A program made the translations under genes and the position numbers. The notes beneath the pieces are model-generated. The model saw only the letters and a list, made by a program, of their open reading frames with translations. It had not been told where the DNA came from and ran no database searches. Shown piece by piece: positions 18,438 through 27,290 of a stretch of 64,000 nucleotides of DNA; within the stretch, counting starts at the first letter, position 1, and every line of letters begins with the position of its first letter. Origin of the DNA: an uncultured Sphingomonas sp. (lineage in GTDB: Bacteria; Pseudomonadota; Alphaproteobacteria; Sphingomonadales; Sphingomonadaceae); contig NZ_CAJYTI010000010.1 of the NCBI RefSeq assembly GCF_913777625.1, positions 175,095 through 239,094 of the forward strand. Reading direction: 5' to 3'.

Positions 18438-18914
18438 GTGCCGGTCACAAGCTACATCCTCGCCCTGGGCTCCAATCGCCGCGGCCGCCACGGCAGCCCC
18501 CGCCGCGAGGTGGAGGCGGCGCTGGCGGCGATCGGCGGCGTCCGCGCGGCGTCGCGTATCCACGAGACGGCACCGATCGGCCCCTCGATCCGGCGGTTCG
18601 CCAACGCGGTGGCGTGGATCGACAGCGACGAGACGCCCGCGGCGCTGCTTCGCCGCCTGAAGGGGATCGAGCGGGCCTTCGGACGGCGGCGGGGCCAGCG
18701 CTGGGGCGCCCGGGTGATTGATCTCGACATCGTGCTGTGGTCCGAGGGGGCCTGGTGGACGCGCGACCTGATCGTGCCCCACCCGCAGTATCGCGCCCGC
18801 CGCTTCGTCCTGGCGCCGCTGGCAGAGATTGCCCCGCGCTGGCGCGACCCGGTGAGCGGCCGCGCGACGCTTCCGTTGCTGCACGCGGTTGACCGGCGGC
18901 GCCCCTGCGCCTAG
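18438..18914 (+). CDS. folK: 2-amino-4-hydroxy-6-hydroxymethyldihydropteridine diphosphokinase
   Basis: YILALGSN, ETAPIG, FANAV, WGARVIDLDI, VPHP; GTG start at 18438. Confidence 0.92.
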   Translation: MPVTSYILALGSNRRGRHGSPRREVEAALAAIGGVRAASRIHETAPIGPSIRRFANAVAWIDSDETPAALLRRLKGIERAFGRRRGQRWGARVIDLDIVLWSEGAWWTRDLIVPHPQYRARRFVLAPLAEIAPRWRDPVSGRATLPLLHAVDRRRPCA

Positions 18915-18927
18915 GGGGACGCACTGT

Positions 18928-19003
18928 GGGTCCGTAGCTCAGTCGGTAGAGCAAGCGACTTTTAATCGAGAGGTCCCGGGTTCGAATCCCGGCGGACCCA
19001 CCA
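18928..19003 (+). tRNA. tRNA-Lys(UUU)
   Basis: 76 nt, perfect 7-bp acceptor stem, D-arm, TTCGAAT T-loop, anticodon TTT, encoded CCA; two purine mismatches in the anticodon stem. Confidence 0.95.
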
Positions 19004-19220
19004 CCGAAAGCCCTCGAAACATAGATTTTCTGACGCTCGATGCCTCTCTGCGCGGGGGCATTCCAACACGCGTTTTGACGTTGGGCGCAGGCCGCGACGA
19101 TTGGCGGGACCGCGCTGCCGACCTCCGCATCAATAGTGCGGGACGCGGCACAAAGGAGTTGAGACTATATATCCTACGGGATATCGCCGCTTGTTTCCTC
19201 GTTGAAAGAAGCGGATTTTC

Positions 19221-21389
19221 ATGTCGCGTCGCGTGTTTCTCGCCACTACCGCCCTTGTCTTGCTGCCGCTGTCCGCCTTGGCCGATCCTCAGTCGGACGG
19301 CCCTGGGGACAACGCGCCCGCGCAGGCCAAGGATGCTGCGCCGGCCCAGCAGGGCGCGACGATCATCGTCTCCGCCCCCTATCGCCAGAGCGAGACCGAC
19401 GTGCTGTCCGGCACCTCGGTCGTTACCGGCGCGGAACTGACCCGCAGCCTGCGCCCGACGATCGGCGAGACGCTGGCGCACCAGCCTGGCGTATCGGCGA
19501 GCTCGTTCGGGCCCAGCGCCTCGCGGCCGATCCTGCGCGGCTTCCAGGGCGAGCGCGTGCGCGTGCTGACCGACGGCATCGGCTCGATCGACGTCTCGAA
19601 TACCTCGGCCGACCATGCGGTGATCATCGATCCGCTGCTTGCCGAGCGGGTGGAGGTGTTGCGGGGCCCTTCGGCCCTGCTGTTCGGATCGTCGGCGATG
19701 GGCGGCGTGGTCAACGTGATCGACAGCCGGATACCGCGTGCGGTGCCGGAAAAGGGGTACCGGCTGAGCAGCATCGCGACCTATGGGTCGGCGGCCAATG
19801 AGCGTTCGGTCGGCGGGGCGGGCGACGTTGCGGTGGGCAGCCACCTCGTGCTGCACGCCGACGGCTCCTATTCCAAGTCGGACGATCTCAAGATCGGTGG
19901 CTATGCCCTGACCCCGACCAAGCGGCGCGAGGCGCTGGCCAGTGCAGGCCTGCCGGCCGATCCCTCCGACCCCGATCCGATCGACTTCGCCGCCAATGCC
20001 GCGGTCAGGAACCGCCTGCCGAACACCGCCGCCACGACGTGGACGGCGGGCGCCGGCGCGGCGATCGTGACCGACAATGGCACGCTGGGCGTGGCCTATA
20101 GCCATTATGACAGCCTGTACGGGGTACCGATCCGCTTCGCCACCGAGCCGGGCGAAGGCCAGGAATCGCCGCGGCTGAGCGTGGTCCAGAACCGGCTCGA
20201 TCTGCGCGCCGAGGCCGATACCGGCGGCAGCGTCCTCCAGAAGGTGCGGCTACGCGCCGGCTATGCCGCCTATCGCCATTTCGAGCTGGCGCCCGACGGC
20301 AGCACCGGCACCGCCTTCTACAACAAAGGGCTGGAGGGCCGGCTGGAGCTGGTCCAGGCCGATCACGGTGCCTGGAAGGGCGCGAGCGGCGTGCAGGTGT
20401 TCGCGCGGGACTTCGACGTGAAGGGCGACGAGGCGTTCCTGCCCAAGAACAAGACCGAGCAGGTGGGACTGTTCACGCTCCAGCAGCTCGATCTCGGCGC
20501 GATCAAGGCTGAGGCGGGCCTGCGCTACGAGTTCACCGATCTTTCGGCCGATCCGGTGCAGGGCGATCTGCGCTTCTTCGGCGGGAGCCGCCATTTCGAG
20601 GCGCTCTCGGGTTCGGTCGGCGCTTCCTATGGCCTCAGCCACGACGTGCGGATCGGCCTCAACCTCTCGCACACCGAGCGTGCACCCTCGGCGGAGGAGC
20701 TGTTCGCCAACGGCGCCCATGCCGGCACCGAGGCCTATGAGCTGGGCAGCCCCGATTTTCGGCTCGAAAAGAGCTGGGGGCTGGAGGCGACGCTGCACGC
20801 GCATGGCGACGGCTACAGCTTCGACGCTTCGGCCTATTACACCTGGTTCTCCAACTATATCAGCGATGCCGAGACCAATTCGGCGGTCTGTGCGGCGGCC
20901 GCGGCGCCGAGCGGGCGGACGGTGGAACTGCCCTGCTTCCAGTTCACCCAGCGCGACGCGCGCTATTACGGGTTCGAGGCCGAGGGATCGGTGCGACTGG
21001 CGCAGGCGGGCGGGTACACGATCAACCTCGACGCGCTGGGCGATTATGTCCACGCCAATATCGTCGACCAGGGCCCGGCGCCGCGCATCCCGGCGATGCG
21101 CGTGCTCGGCGGCATCGAGGCGCAGTCCGATGCGGTGACCGGCCGCCTGGAGGCGGAGCATGTCTTCGCGCAGGATCGCATCGCGGCGTTCGAGACGCGC
21201 ACCGCGCCCTATACCATGGTCAACGCGACGCTGAGCCTGAAGCCCTTCCCGACCATGCCGGGCACCACGCTCACGCTATCCGCCAACAACCTGTTCGACG
21301 TCGATGCCCGGCGGGCGAGCAGTTACCTCAAGGACTATGCGCCGCTCGCGGGCCGCGACCTGCGGGCGACGCTGCGCTTCAGCCTCTAG
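19221..21389 (+). CDS. TonB-dependent receptor, ZnuD-like plug
   Basis: SRPILRGFQGERV, SADHAVIIDP, VEVLRGPSALLFGSSAMGGVVNVID, NNLFD; beta-barrel C-terminus. Confidence 0.92.
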   Translation: MSRRVFLATTALVLLPLSALADPQSDGPGDNAPAQAKDAAPAQQGATIIVSAPYRQSETDVLSGTSVVTGAELTRSLRPTIGETLAHQPGVSASSFGPSASRPILRGFQGERVRVLTDGIGSIDVSNTSADHAVIIDPLLAERVEVLRGPSALLFGSSAMGGVVNVIDSRIPRAVPEKGYRLSSIATYGSAANERSVGGAGDVAVGSHLVLHADGSYSKSDDLKIGGYALTPTKRREALASAGLPADPSDPDPIDFAANAAVRNRLPNTAATTWTAGAGAAIVTDNGTLGVAYSHYDSLYGVPIRFATEPGEGQESPRLSVVQNRLDLRAEADTGGSVLQKVRLRAGYAAYRHFELAPDGSTGTAFYNKGLEGRLELVQADHGAWKGASGVQVFARDFDVKGDEAFLPKNKTEQVGLFTLQQLDLGAIKAEAGLRYEFTDLSADPVQGDLRFFGGSRHFEALSGSVGASYGLSHDVRIGLNLSHTERAPSAEELFANGAHAGTEAYELGSPDFRLEKSWGLEATLHAHGDGYSFDASAYYTWFSNYISDAETNSAVCAAAAAPSGRTVELPCFQFTQRDARYYGFEAEGSVRLAQAGGYTINLDALGDYVHANIVDQGPAPRIPAMRVLGGIEAQSDAVTGRLEAEHVFAQDRIAAFETRTAPYTMVNATLSLKPFPTMPGTTLTLSANNLFDVDARRASSYLKDYAPLAGRDLRATLRFSL

Positions 21390-21418
21390 CCTGAATGTCA
21401 GGGCAACGAGCTGCACCG

Positions 21419-21451
21419 TTAAACAAGCCTTGATTCTCCTCCTGCTACGAT
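21419..21451 (+). promoter_or_regulatory. CtrA-like box followed by a -10-like motif upstream of the diguanylate cyclase
   Basis: TTAA-ACAAGCC-TTGA (21419-21433), CTACGAT (21445-21451). Confidence 0.4.
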
Positions 21452-21473
21452 CTGCGTTCACCAGCGTAGATGG

Positions 21474-22634
21474 GTGGTAGAGATGGCGGAGCGTACATTT
21501 CGTCCGAGATTTGGTCCCTTGCGCTGGCTTGCGGACGTTGGACGGGATCTCGATGATGTGGTTCGCTGCCAGTTCGAGAAATCGTTTTTCTCGTCGACCA
21601 TTCCACTGGTGGCGGGGGGGCTGAACTCGGCCCTGATCGCGGGGCTGGCCTGGGTCCGGATCGGCGCGCCGCTGCTGATCGCGCTGGCCCTGTTCGATCT
21701 GGGCACGATCGGGCTGCGGCTTCTCGCGATCCACAATGCGCCGCGCCGCGCGGGGTTTGCAGACCTGCTGTTTGCCAGCAGCCTGGCATGGTGCGTGTCG
21801 CAGGCACTTGCGATGACCATCGTCCTAGCGTCGAAGGACATGCTGCTCATCCTCATCTTCGCTGCCTCGACGGTGGCGACGGCGGCCGGAATCGCGTCGC
21901 GCAATTTCGGCGCTCCCCGCTTCGCGCTGGCGCAGATCCTGATCCTCGATCTGACCTTCAAGGTGAACATGGTGCTGCTCGACCGGGCGCTTGGCATCGT
22001 GGCGGTAATGCAGGGCAGCTTCTTCCTGTGCATCAACATGGGGTTGATCGCGGGGCTGCGACGGCTGACCATCAAGGCGCTGGAGGGCGAGGCTGCCAGC
22101 CGCGCGCTCGCCGCGCGCGACCCGCTTACCGGGCTGGCCAATCGCCGCGGGCTGGAGGACGCCTATGCCCGGCGGGCGGGGCAAGTCTCGGCGTTCGCCA
22201 TCGATCTCGACGGCTTCAAGCAAGTCAACGACCGGCACGGACACGCGGCGGGCGACGTGATCCTTGCCGGGGTCGCTGCACGCCTGCGGGAGTTCTGCGT
22301 CGGCGCGCTGTCGATCAGCCGTATGGGGGGCGACGAGTTCGTCGTGCTGGTCGAGCAGCTGCGGAGCGAGGAACGCGAAGGGCTGGCGGCGCGGCTCGTG
22401 GCGATATTGTCCGCGCCCTACCGGCTGGACGAGGCACAGCGTGCCCTGGTCGGTGCCAGTGTGGGCGTCGCCACCGCCGAGGCGGCTCCGCTGGAGGTGT
22501 TGCTGCGGGCGGCCGACCGCGCGCTCTATGCGGCGAAGTCCGCAGGCAAGGGCCGGTACATCCTCGCCGAATCCCTGCCCGCGGAGTGCCCGGCGTCGAC
22601 GGCGGATGCGGGTGCCACCCGCACCGCCGCCTGA
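21474..22634 (+). CDS. Membrane-bound diguanylate cyclase
   Basis: About 5 TM segments, DPLTGLANRR, IDLDGFKQVNDRHGHAAGD, RMGGDEF; no RxxD I-site. Confidence 0.92.
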   Translation: MVEMAERTFRPRFGPLRWLADVGRDLDDVVRCQFEKSFFSSTIPLVAGGLNSALIAGLAWVRIGAPLLIALALFDLGTIGLRLLAIHNAPRRAGFADLLFASSLAWCVSQALAMTIVLASKDMLLILIFAASTVATAAGIASRNFGAPRFALAQILILDLTFKVNMVLLDRALGIVAVMQGSFFLCINMGLIAGLRRLTIKALEGEAASRALAARDPLTGLANRRGLEDAYARRAGQVSAFAIDLDGFKQVNDRHGHAAGDVILAGVAARLREFCVGALSISRMGGDEFVVLVEQLRSEEREGLAARLVAILSAPYRLDEAQRALVGASVGVATAEAAPLEVLLRAADRALYAAKSAGKGRYILAESLPAECPASTADAGATRTAA

Positions 22635-24458
22635 TCAGCTCGTCGTCACGTCGAGCAGGTCGCCGATCATGCCGGTGGGACTGGCGGCGGGGATCGCCGC
22701 CATTGCCTTGCTGATCCGCGCCGGATCGATCGACGTCGACGGCTGAGTCAGCAGATCGAAGGCCTGGGCGCTCGGCAGCGACTTGAACGCCGCGGCATAG
22801 CGGGCGCGCAGCGCCTGCAGCTTGGCTTCCTGGTTGAGCATCGCCAGCGCGACCGCCTGGCGCAGCACGATCGCCTGGTTGGGGGCGTTGAGCGCGCCCG
22901 GCGAGGGCAGGGTGGCTTCGTTCTCGGTGATGAACGAGCCCCAGTTGCGGGTGCGCCAGTGGATCTCGCTGCGCACCCCGGCGCCGCCGGGCACGCCGTC
23001 CAGCGCCGCCATCGCCGCGGCTTCCCGGCCGAGCTTGTAGAGCGCCACCGCCTCGATCCGCTTGCGATCGAAGCGCATCCCGTCCGAATAGTTCGCCTGT
23101 TCGGTGGCGTGCAGCGTGTCGAGCGCCTTCACCGGATCGCCGGAAAGAATGAACAGCGTCGCCACCTTCACCGAAAGCGGCCCCTGCGCGACGTCCTGCC
23201 GGCGCTGCAGCAGCTGATATTGGAGCAACTCGGCGGCGCGGGGATAGAGACCGGCATCCTCCAGCCGTGCGGCGAGGCGCAGCGCCAGCGCGTCGCCCTC
23301 GGCTCCGGCAGGTGCCAGTTCCTTGTAATCCCAATAGAGGCCCGCAGCCTCGGGCAGCGGGGTGCCGCTGTCGGGCGCCAGCATCTCGGCGAGCCAGCCC
23401 TGGATCTGCTTGAGCATCGCAGCGGAATCGCCGTCAGGGCGGAAGTAGCGGAACAGCGTGGCGGCGCTGCGCAGCGCCGAGCGGTGATCGTTCTCGGCCT
23501 GGGCGAGCTGATATTCGAGCCGCAGCGCGCCCTGCTCGATCATGCCGCCGCGCCAGCCATAGCGGAGCGCCTCCAGCTGCTTGATGCCTTCCTTGGGATC
23601 GATGCGGTGCAGCTTGAGCTCGCCTTCGATGCGCGCGAGCTTCGCCTCGGCACGCACTTCGGGTGCGCCGCTCAGCTCGGCGCGCGAGAGGCGGAACAGA
23701 CCCTCGGCCGGGTCTCCCGAGGCGAGCAGCGCCTTGCCGCGGAGCACATTGGCCTGCGCATCCTGCTCGCCGAACAGCTTGAGCCAGGCGATCGCGGGCC
23801 TGCCCTGGCCGATCGCGATCGCGCCGCGGGCGGCGGCGAGGGTGAACGGCTTGCGGTCCTGGGGGGTGCGGCCGTTGATGGCGGGGACCGCGCAGTTGAT
23901 CTGGCGGGCGGCGGCAGCGGTATCGCCGGTGCCGGCCAACGCCCGGACCCGCCAGGCACAGGCTTCGGCATTCTGCTCGAGTTCGGGCAACGACAGCGCT
24001 TCCACCGCGTCCTTGTAGTGGCCGATCATCACCAGCGCCGCGCCGGTGGCGAGCTGGAACGGGGCGGCGAGCGCGAGGTCCTCGTCGTCCTGCGCCATCA
24101 CTTCCAATACGCTCAGCGCCTGTGCGCCCATGCCGCGGCGGATCAGCGATCCGGCATAGTTCCAGCGCGCCATCTGGCGCCCTTCGGGCTTGGCGCGGAT
24201 GATCGCGTCCCACGCCTCTTCCTCGCCGAGTTCGGGCCAGGCACGGCTGTCGGTGATCGTCGGCATCTGCGCGAGCACGGCGGCGAAGGGCGGCAGGTCG
24301 ACACGGGCCTTGCCGGTTTCGGGAGCTGCCGTGGCGGGGGCCGCGGCCGTACCTGCCGCCGCGGGATCGGCCGGCGTCGCCGCGTCGGCCGTCGGGTCGT
24401 TTGGCGGCGCGGCGGCGGTACTGGCGAGCAGTGCGACGATCAGCAAACGGCGCATCAA
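22635..24458 (-). CDS. Exported TPR-like alpha-helical repeat protein, probably a flagellar motor accessory
   Basis: Signal peptide, Ala/Pro linker, long helical repeats, WRGG motif; lies within the flagellar cluster. Confidence 0.75.
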   Translation of the reverse strand: MMRRLLIVALLASTAAAPPNDPTADAATPADPAAAGTAAAPATAAPETGKARVDLPPFAAVLAQMPTITDSRAWPELGEEEAWDAIIRAKPEGRQMARWNYAGSLIRRGMGAQALSVLEVMAQDDEDLALAAPFQLATGAALVMIGHYKDAVEALSLPELEQNAEACAWRVRALAGTGDTAAAARQINCAVPAINGRTPQDRKPFTLAAARGAIAIGQGRPAIAWLKLFGEQDAQANVLRGKALLASGDPAEGLFRLSRAELSGAPEVRAEAKLARIEGELKLHRIDPKEGIKQLEALRYGWRGGMIEQGALRLEYQLAQAENDHRSALRSAATLFRYFRPDGDSAAMLKQIQGWLAEMLAPDSGTPLPEAAGLYWDYKELAPAGAEGDALALRLAARLEDAGLYPRAAELLQYQLLQRRQDVAQGPLSVKVATLFILSGDPVKALDTLHATEQANYSDGMRFDRKRIEAVALYKLGREAAAMAALDGVPGGAGVRSEIHWRTRNWGSFITENEATLPSPGALNAPNQAIVLRQAVALAMLNQEAKLQALRARYAAAFKSLPSAQAFDLLTQPSTSIDPARISKAMAAIPAASPTGMIGDLLDVTTS

Positions 24459-24673
24459 TGGGCTCCCGCCAGGAAATAGGTGACGGCGCCGCCGCCAAGG
24501 ACACAGGCAATGATGAAGACGAGGGCGGGCACGATCGGCAGCCCGGCAGGTGCCGCCGCCTGGGGTGCCCCCGGCTTGGCGTTCTGCTCGGCTTTGGTGT
24601 CGACGGCGTTGCCGCGGGCGGCGCCGGCATCGGCGACGACGCGCATCCGGGCGGGGCGTTGATCGTGGCTCAT
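24455..24673 (-). CDS. Small protein with a C-terminal TM helix
   Basis: 72 aa, hydrophobic IVPALVFIIACVLGGGAVTYFL; ATGA overlap with the TPR gene; GGAA-like RBS and CTATAA motif upstream. Confidence 0.65.
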   Translation of the reverse strand: MSHDQRPARMRVVADAGAARGNAVDTKAEQNAKPGAPQAAAPAGLPIVPALVFIIACVLGGGAVTYFLAGAH

Positions 24674-24701
24674 TTGTATTCCGTTAAGTGCTTACCCCTT
24701 A

Positions 24702-24710
24702 TTTATAGGA
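24702..24710 (-). promoter_or_regulatory. TYCTATAA -10-like motif
   Basis: Minus-strand TCCTATAAA 28 nt upstream of ATG 24673. Confidence 0.5.
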
Positions 24711-24759
24711 CGTGCGTGGCCGCAGCGGCGGCTCGCCCCATGCGGAAACGGGAGAAAAT

Positions 24760-25176
24760 GTGGTGCGCGGCAAGCGAACGCTGGCAATGCTCGGGCTGGT
24801 GACGGTGGCGCTCTCGCCCCTGCCGGCAGGGCGCGCATTTGCATCCGGCGGCGGGGGCGGCGACGAGCCGCATCTGGTCAAGATGGAGCCGATTGCGGTG
24901 CCGATCGTCGATTCGGATCGCGTGGCCGGCACGCTCAACTTCAAGCTGGTGCTGGAAGCGCATGACGCCGCCACGGCCGAGAAGCTGGCGGCGGCGATGC
25001 CCAACCTGCGCATGGCGGCGATCTCCGGCGGCGTTGAGTTCGCGCGGCTCGATGCCTCGGCGCTGCGCGCGGTGAACGTTGCCGATCTCGACAAGACGCT
25101 GACTGCCGCGCTGAAGGCCGCCTCGCCCGAAATCGGGCGCGTGCTGATCGTCGAAGTCGGCGCGTCGCAGAACTGA
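24760..25176 (+). CDS. FliL-family protein (paralogue 2)
   Basis: GTG start with GGAG RBS; N-terminal hydrophobic segment; EPIAVPIV...LNFKLVLE...RVLIVE FliL-like pattern. Confidence 0.6.
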   Translation: MVRGKRTLAMLGLVTVALSPLPAGRAFASGGGGGDEPHLVKMEPIAVPIVDSDRVAGTLNFKLVLEAHDAATAEKLAAAMPNLRMAAISGGVEFARLDASALRAVNVADLDKTLTAALKAASPEIGRVLIVEVGASQN

Positions 25177-25211
25177 GGCACGCCCGCCCTTCGTGACGGC
25201 CATCCCGACAC

Positions 25212-25260
25212 AGCTTCGCGCGCCTTCCCCGGTCAGGGAAGGGCGCGCGAAGCTCTTTTC
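25212..25260 (+). terminator. Intrinsic terminator
   Basis: AGCTTCGCGCGCC...GGCGCGCGAAGCT stem followed by CTTTTC. Confidence 0.65.
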
Positions 25261-25309
25261 ACGATAGCGTGGAGCATGGCGGCGCGGCGGACGGATCCGC
25301 CGCGCGCGA

Positions 25310-25870
25310 TCAGCCGGGCTTGCGCGCCGCGCCCGTCGGGCCTGCCATGGTCGGGGCAGCAAGGGGCTTCACCGCGCTCTTGCGGGCCAGGGCCATGCTG
25401 AGCGACGCCGCGCCCTTGGGCGACATCGACGCGAGAATGGCGGCGGTGGAGGCGGGACGCATCCGCTGCGCCACCTTCATCTGCACTTCCATGTCCAGCT
25501 GCTCGAACACCGCCGCCGCCTTGGCCGGCTTCATCGCCTGATAGATGCGGGCAAGCTCGTCGAACTGCGCGTCGGCGGGCGAGGGGGCGCCCGGAGCGCC
25601 GGGTGCCGCCGTCGCAGCCTGCTTCTGCTGTGCCTCCACGCCTGCCGCGAGACGCGCTTCGGCCGCCTTTGCAGCCTGCTCGCGCAGGTCCAGCGCGCGC
25701 TGGCGCTTGGCGGCATCCTGGTCGCGCGCGCTCAGGTCGCGCTCGATCGAATTGCCCAGCCGGGTCTTGTTGCTGCCATCTTGGTCGGCGGTGGCGATGC
25801 TGGCCGCGTTGGCGACCGCGGCGATCGCCGAAGCCGCCGCCATCAGCAACAGGAGCGAAGGACGCGCCAT
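25310..25870 (-). CDS. motE: MotE/FlbB-family protein (MgtE-N-like domain)
   Basis: LDLREQAAKAAEARL coiled coil; LARIYQAMKPAKAAAVFEQLD...AAILASMSP. Confidence 0.8.
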   Translation of the reverse strand: MARPSLLLLMAAASAIAAVANAASIATADQDGSNKTRLGNSIERDLSARDQDAAKRQRALDLREQAAKAAEARLAAGVEAQQKQAATAAPGAPGAPSPADAQFDELARIYQAMKPAKAAAVFEQLDMEVQMKVAQRMRPASTAAILASMSPKGAASLSMALARKSAVKPLAAPTMAGPTGAARKPG

Positions 25871-26274
25871 TATGCGGCCTCGCGCGCGGCGGGGGTTTCG
25901 TCCTGGAAAGCCTCCGCTGCATCCGCCTCGGCCGCTTCCTCGCCCGCGACGCGCAGCGCATTGGCGAGGCTCACCGCCGACACGATCCGCTCGCAGGCAG
26001 AATCGGCGATGCCGATCATGTCGGAGAGCTCGTCGCGAAGGTCGCGGGCCTGTTCCACCAGCCGGGCATGGCGGGCGCAATCGGTACCCAGCGTCTGCTT
26101 CATGTCGGACAGGACCGAGCGCGCCTGCACCGTCGCATGATCGAGCGCCTTCACCACATCGGTAAGGGCGCCGTCCTTCACGGCACGCAGGCTGCGCATC
26201 ATCCGCATGCTCTGCACGAGCACGGCGACGCACAGGATGATCGTCAGCACATTGGCGAGAAGCGCGATACTCAT
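25870..26274 (-). CDS. Single-TM coiled-coil protein (DUF6468-like) between fliM and motE
   Basis: N-terminal TM, then coiled coil LSDMIGIADSACERI; ATGA and TAATG overlaps with neighbours. Confidence 0.75.
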   Translation of the reverse strand: MSIALLANVLTIILCVAVLVQSMRMMRSLRAVKDGALTDVVKALDHATVQARSVLSDMKQTLGTDCARHARLVEQARDLRDELSDMIGIADSACERIVSAVSLANALRVAGEEAAEADAAEAFQDETPAAREAA

Positions 26275-27290
26275 GATACTTTCTTCCTTGTGCGGGAGAC
26301 GTCGTTGACCAGGCGCACGGCGACGCGGCCGCTGCGCTGGCCGATCTGGGCCTGGGCGAGCTTGATCTCGCCACACGCCATGTCGAGCGCGTCGTCGGGG
26401 CTCTTGTCGAAGGCGATGGTCTGGCCGACCTGCAGTTCTTCCAGCTCGGCCAGCGGCACGGCCTTCTCGCCGAGCAGCACGTTGACGGTCACGTTGGTCT
26501 TGCGGATCTCGGAGGCCATGTGCGCCTCCCAGATGCTGTCGCGGCCGCTCTTCTCGCCCATGAAGCGCTGGAGCAGCTTGTGGCGTACCGGCTCCAGCGT
26601 GGCGTAGGGGAACACCATGGTGAAGCAGCCGCCGCGGCCGTCCATGTCCACCCGGAAGGTGGCGATGGCGCAGATGTTCGAGGTGGCGGCGATCGCGGCG
26701 AAGCGCGGGTTGGTCTCGATGCGCTCGAGCTTCATGTTGACCGGCTCGATCGGTTCGAACGCATCGGCGAAATCGCGCAGTGCCGTTTCCAGCACGCGCG
26801 AAACCAGCGCGGTTTCGATCGGCGTGAAGGCGCGGCCGTCGATCACCGTCGGCGAATTGCTGCCGCGGCCGCCGAGCAGTGCGTCGACCACCGAATAGAT
26901 CAGGCCCGATTCCACCGTGATCAGGCCGTAGCTCTCCCATTCGGTGACCTTGAACACACCGACCATGGCGGGCAGCATCACCCGGTTCATGAACTCACCG
27001 AAGCGGGCCGAGGTCACTTCCTCGAGGCTCACGTCGATTGCGTCCGAGGTCATGTTGCGCATCGAGCTGGCGAAGGTGCGGACCACGCGGTCGCACACCA
27101 CTTCCAGCATCGGCAGCCGCTCATGGCTGATGACCTTCGATTCGAGAACGGCGCGCAGGCCCTTCTTCTTCAGGATCGGCTCGCTGCCGCCGAACAGCGC
27201 GTCGATGTCCGCCTGGTCGAAGCGGATGTCGTCGCCGCCCATCGGGGCTGCGGGCGGGTCCGGAAGGTCGAAGTCGTCGAGATCGATCAT
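26271..27290 (-). CDS. fliM: Flagellar motor switch protein
   Basis: DQADIDALF, ERLPMLEVVCDR, GGRG, ETNPRFA, FPYATLEPV, SpoA C-terminus. Confidence 0.95.
   Translation of the reverse strand: MIDLDDFDLPDPPAAPMGGDDIRFDQADIDALFGGSEPILKKKGLRAVLESKVISHERLPMLEVVCDRVVRTFASSMRNMTSDAIDVSLEEVTSARFGEFMNRVMLPAMVGVFKVTEWESYGLITVESGLIYSVVDALLGGRGSNSPTVIDGRAFTPIETALVSRVLETALRDFADAFEPIEPVNMKLERIETNPRFAAIAATSNICAIATFRVDMDGRGGCFTMVFPYATLEPVRHKLLQRFMGEKSGRDSIWEAHMASEIRKTNVTVNVLLGEKAVPLAELEELQVGQTIAFDKSPDDALDMACGEIKLAQAQIGQRSGRVAVRLVNDVSRTRKKVS

Noticed and set aside
18990-19220. tRNA-Lys as an attachment site of an integrated element
   Set aside because: No integrase in the window and no duplicate of the tRNA 3' end noticed by eye
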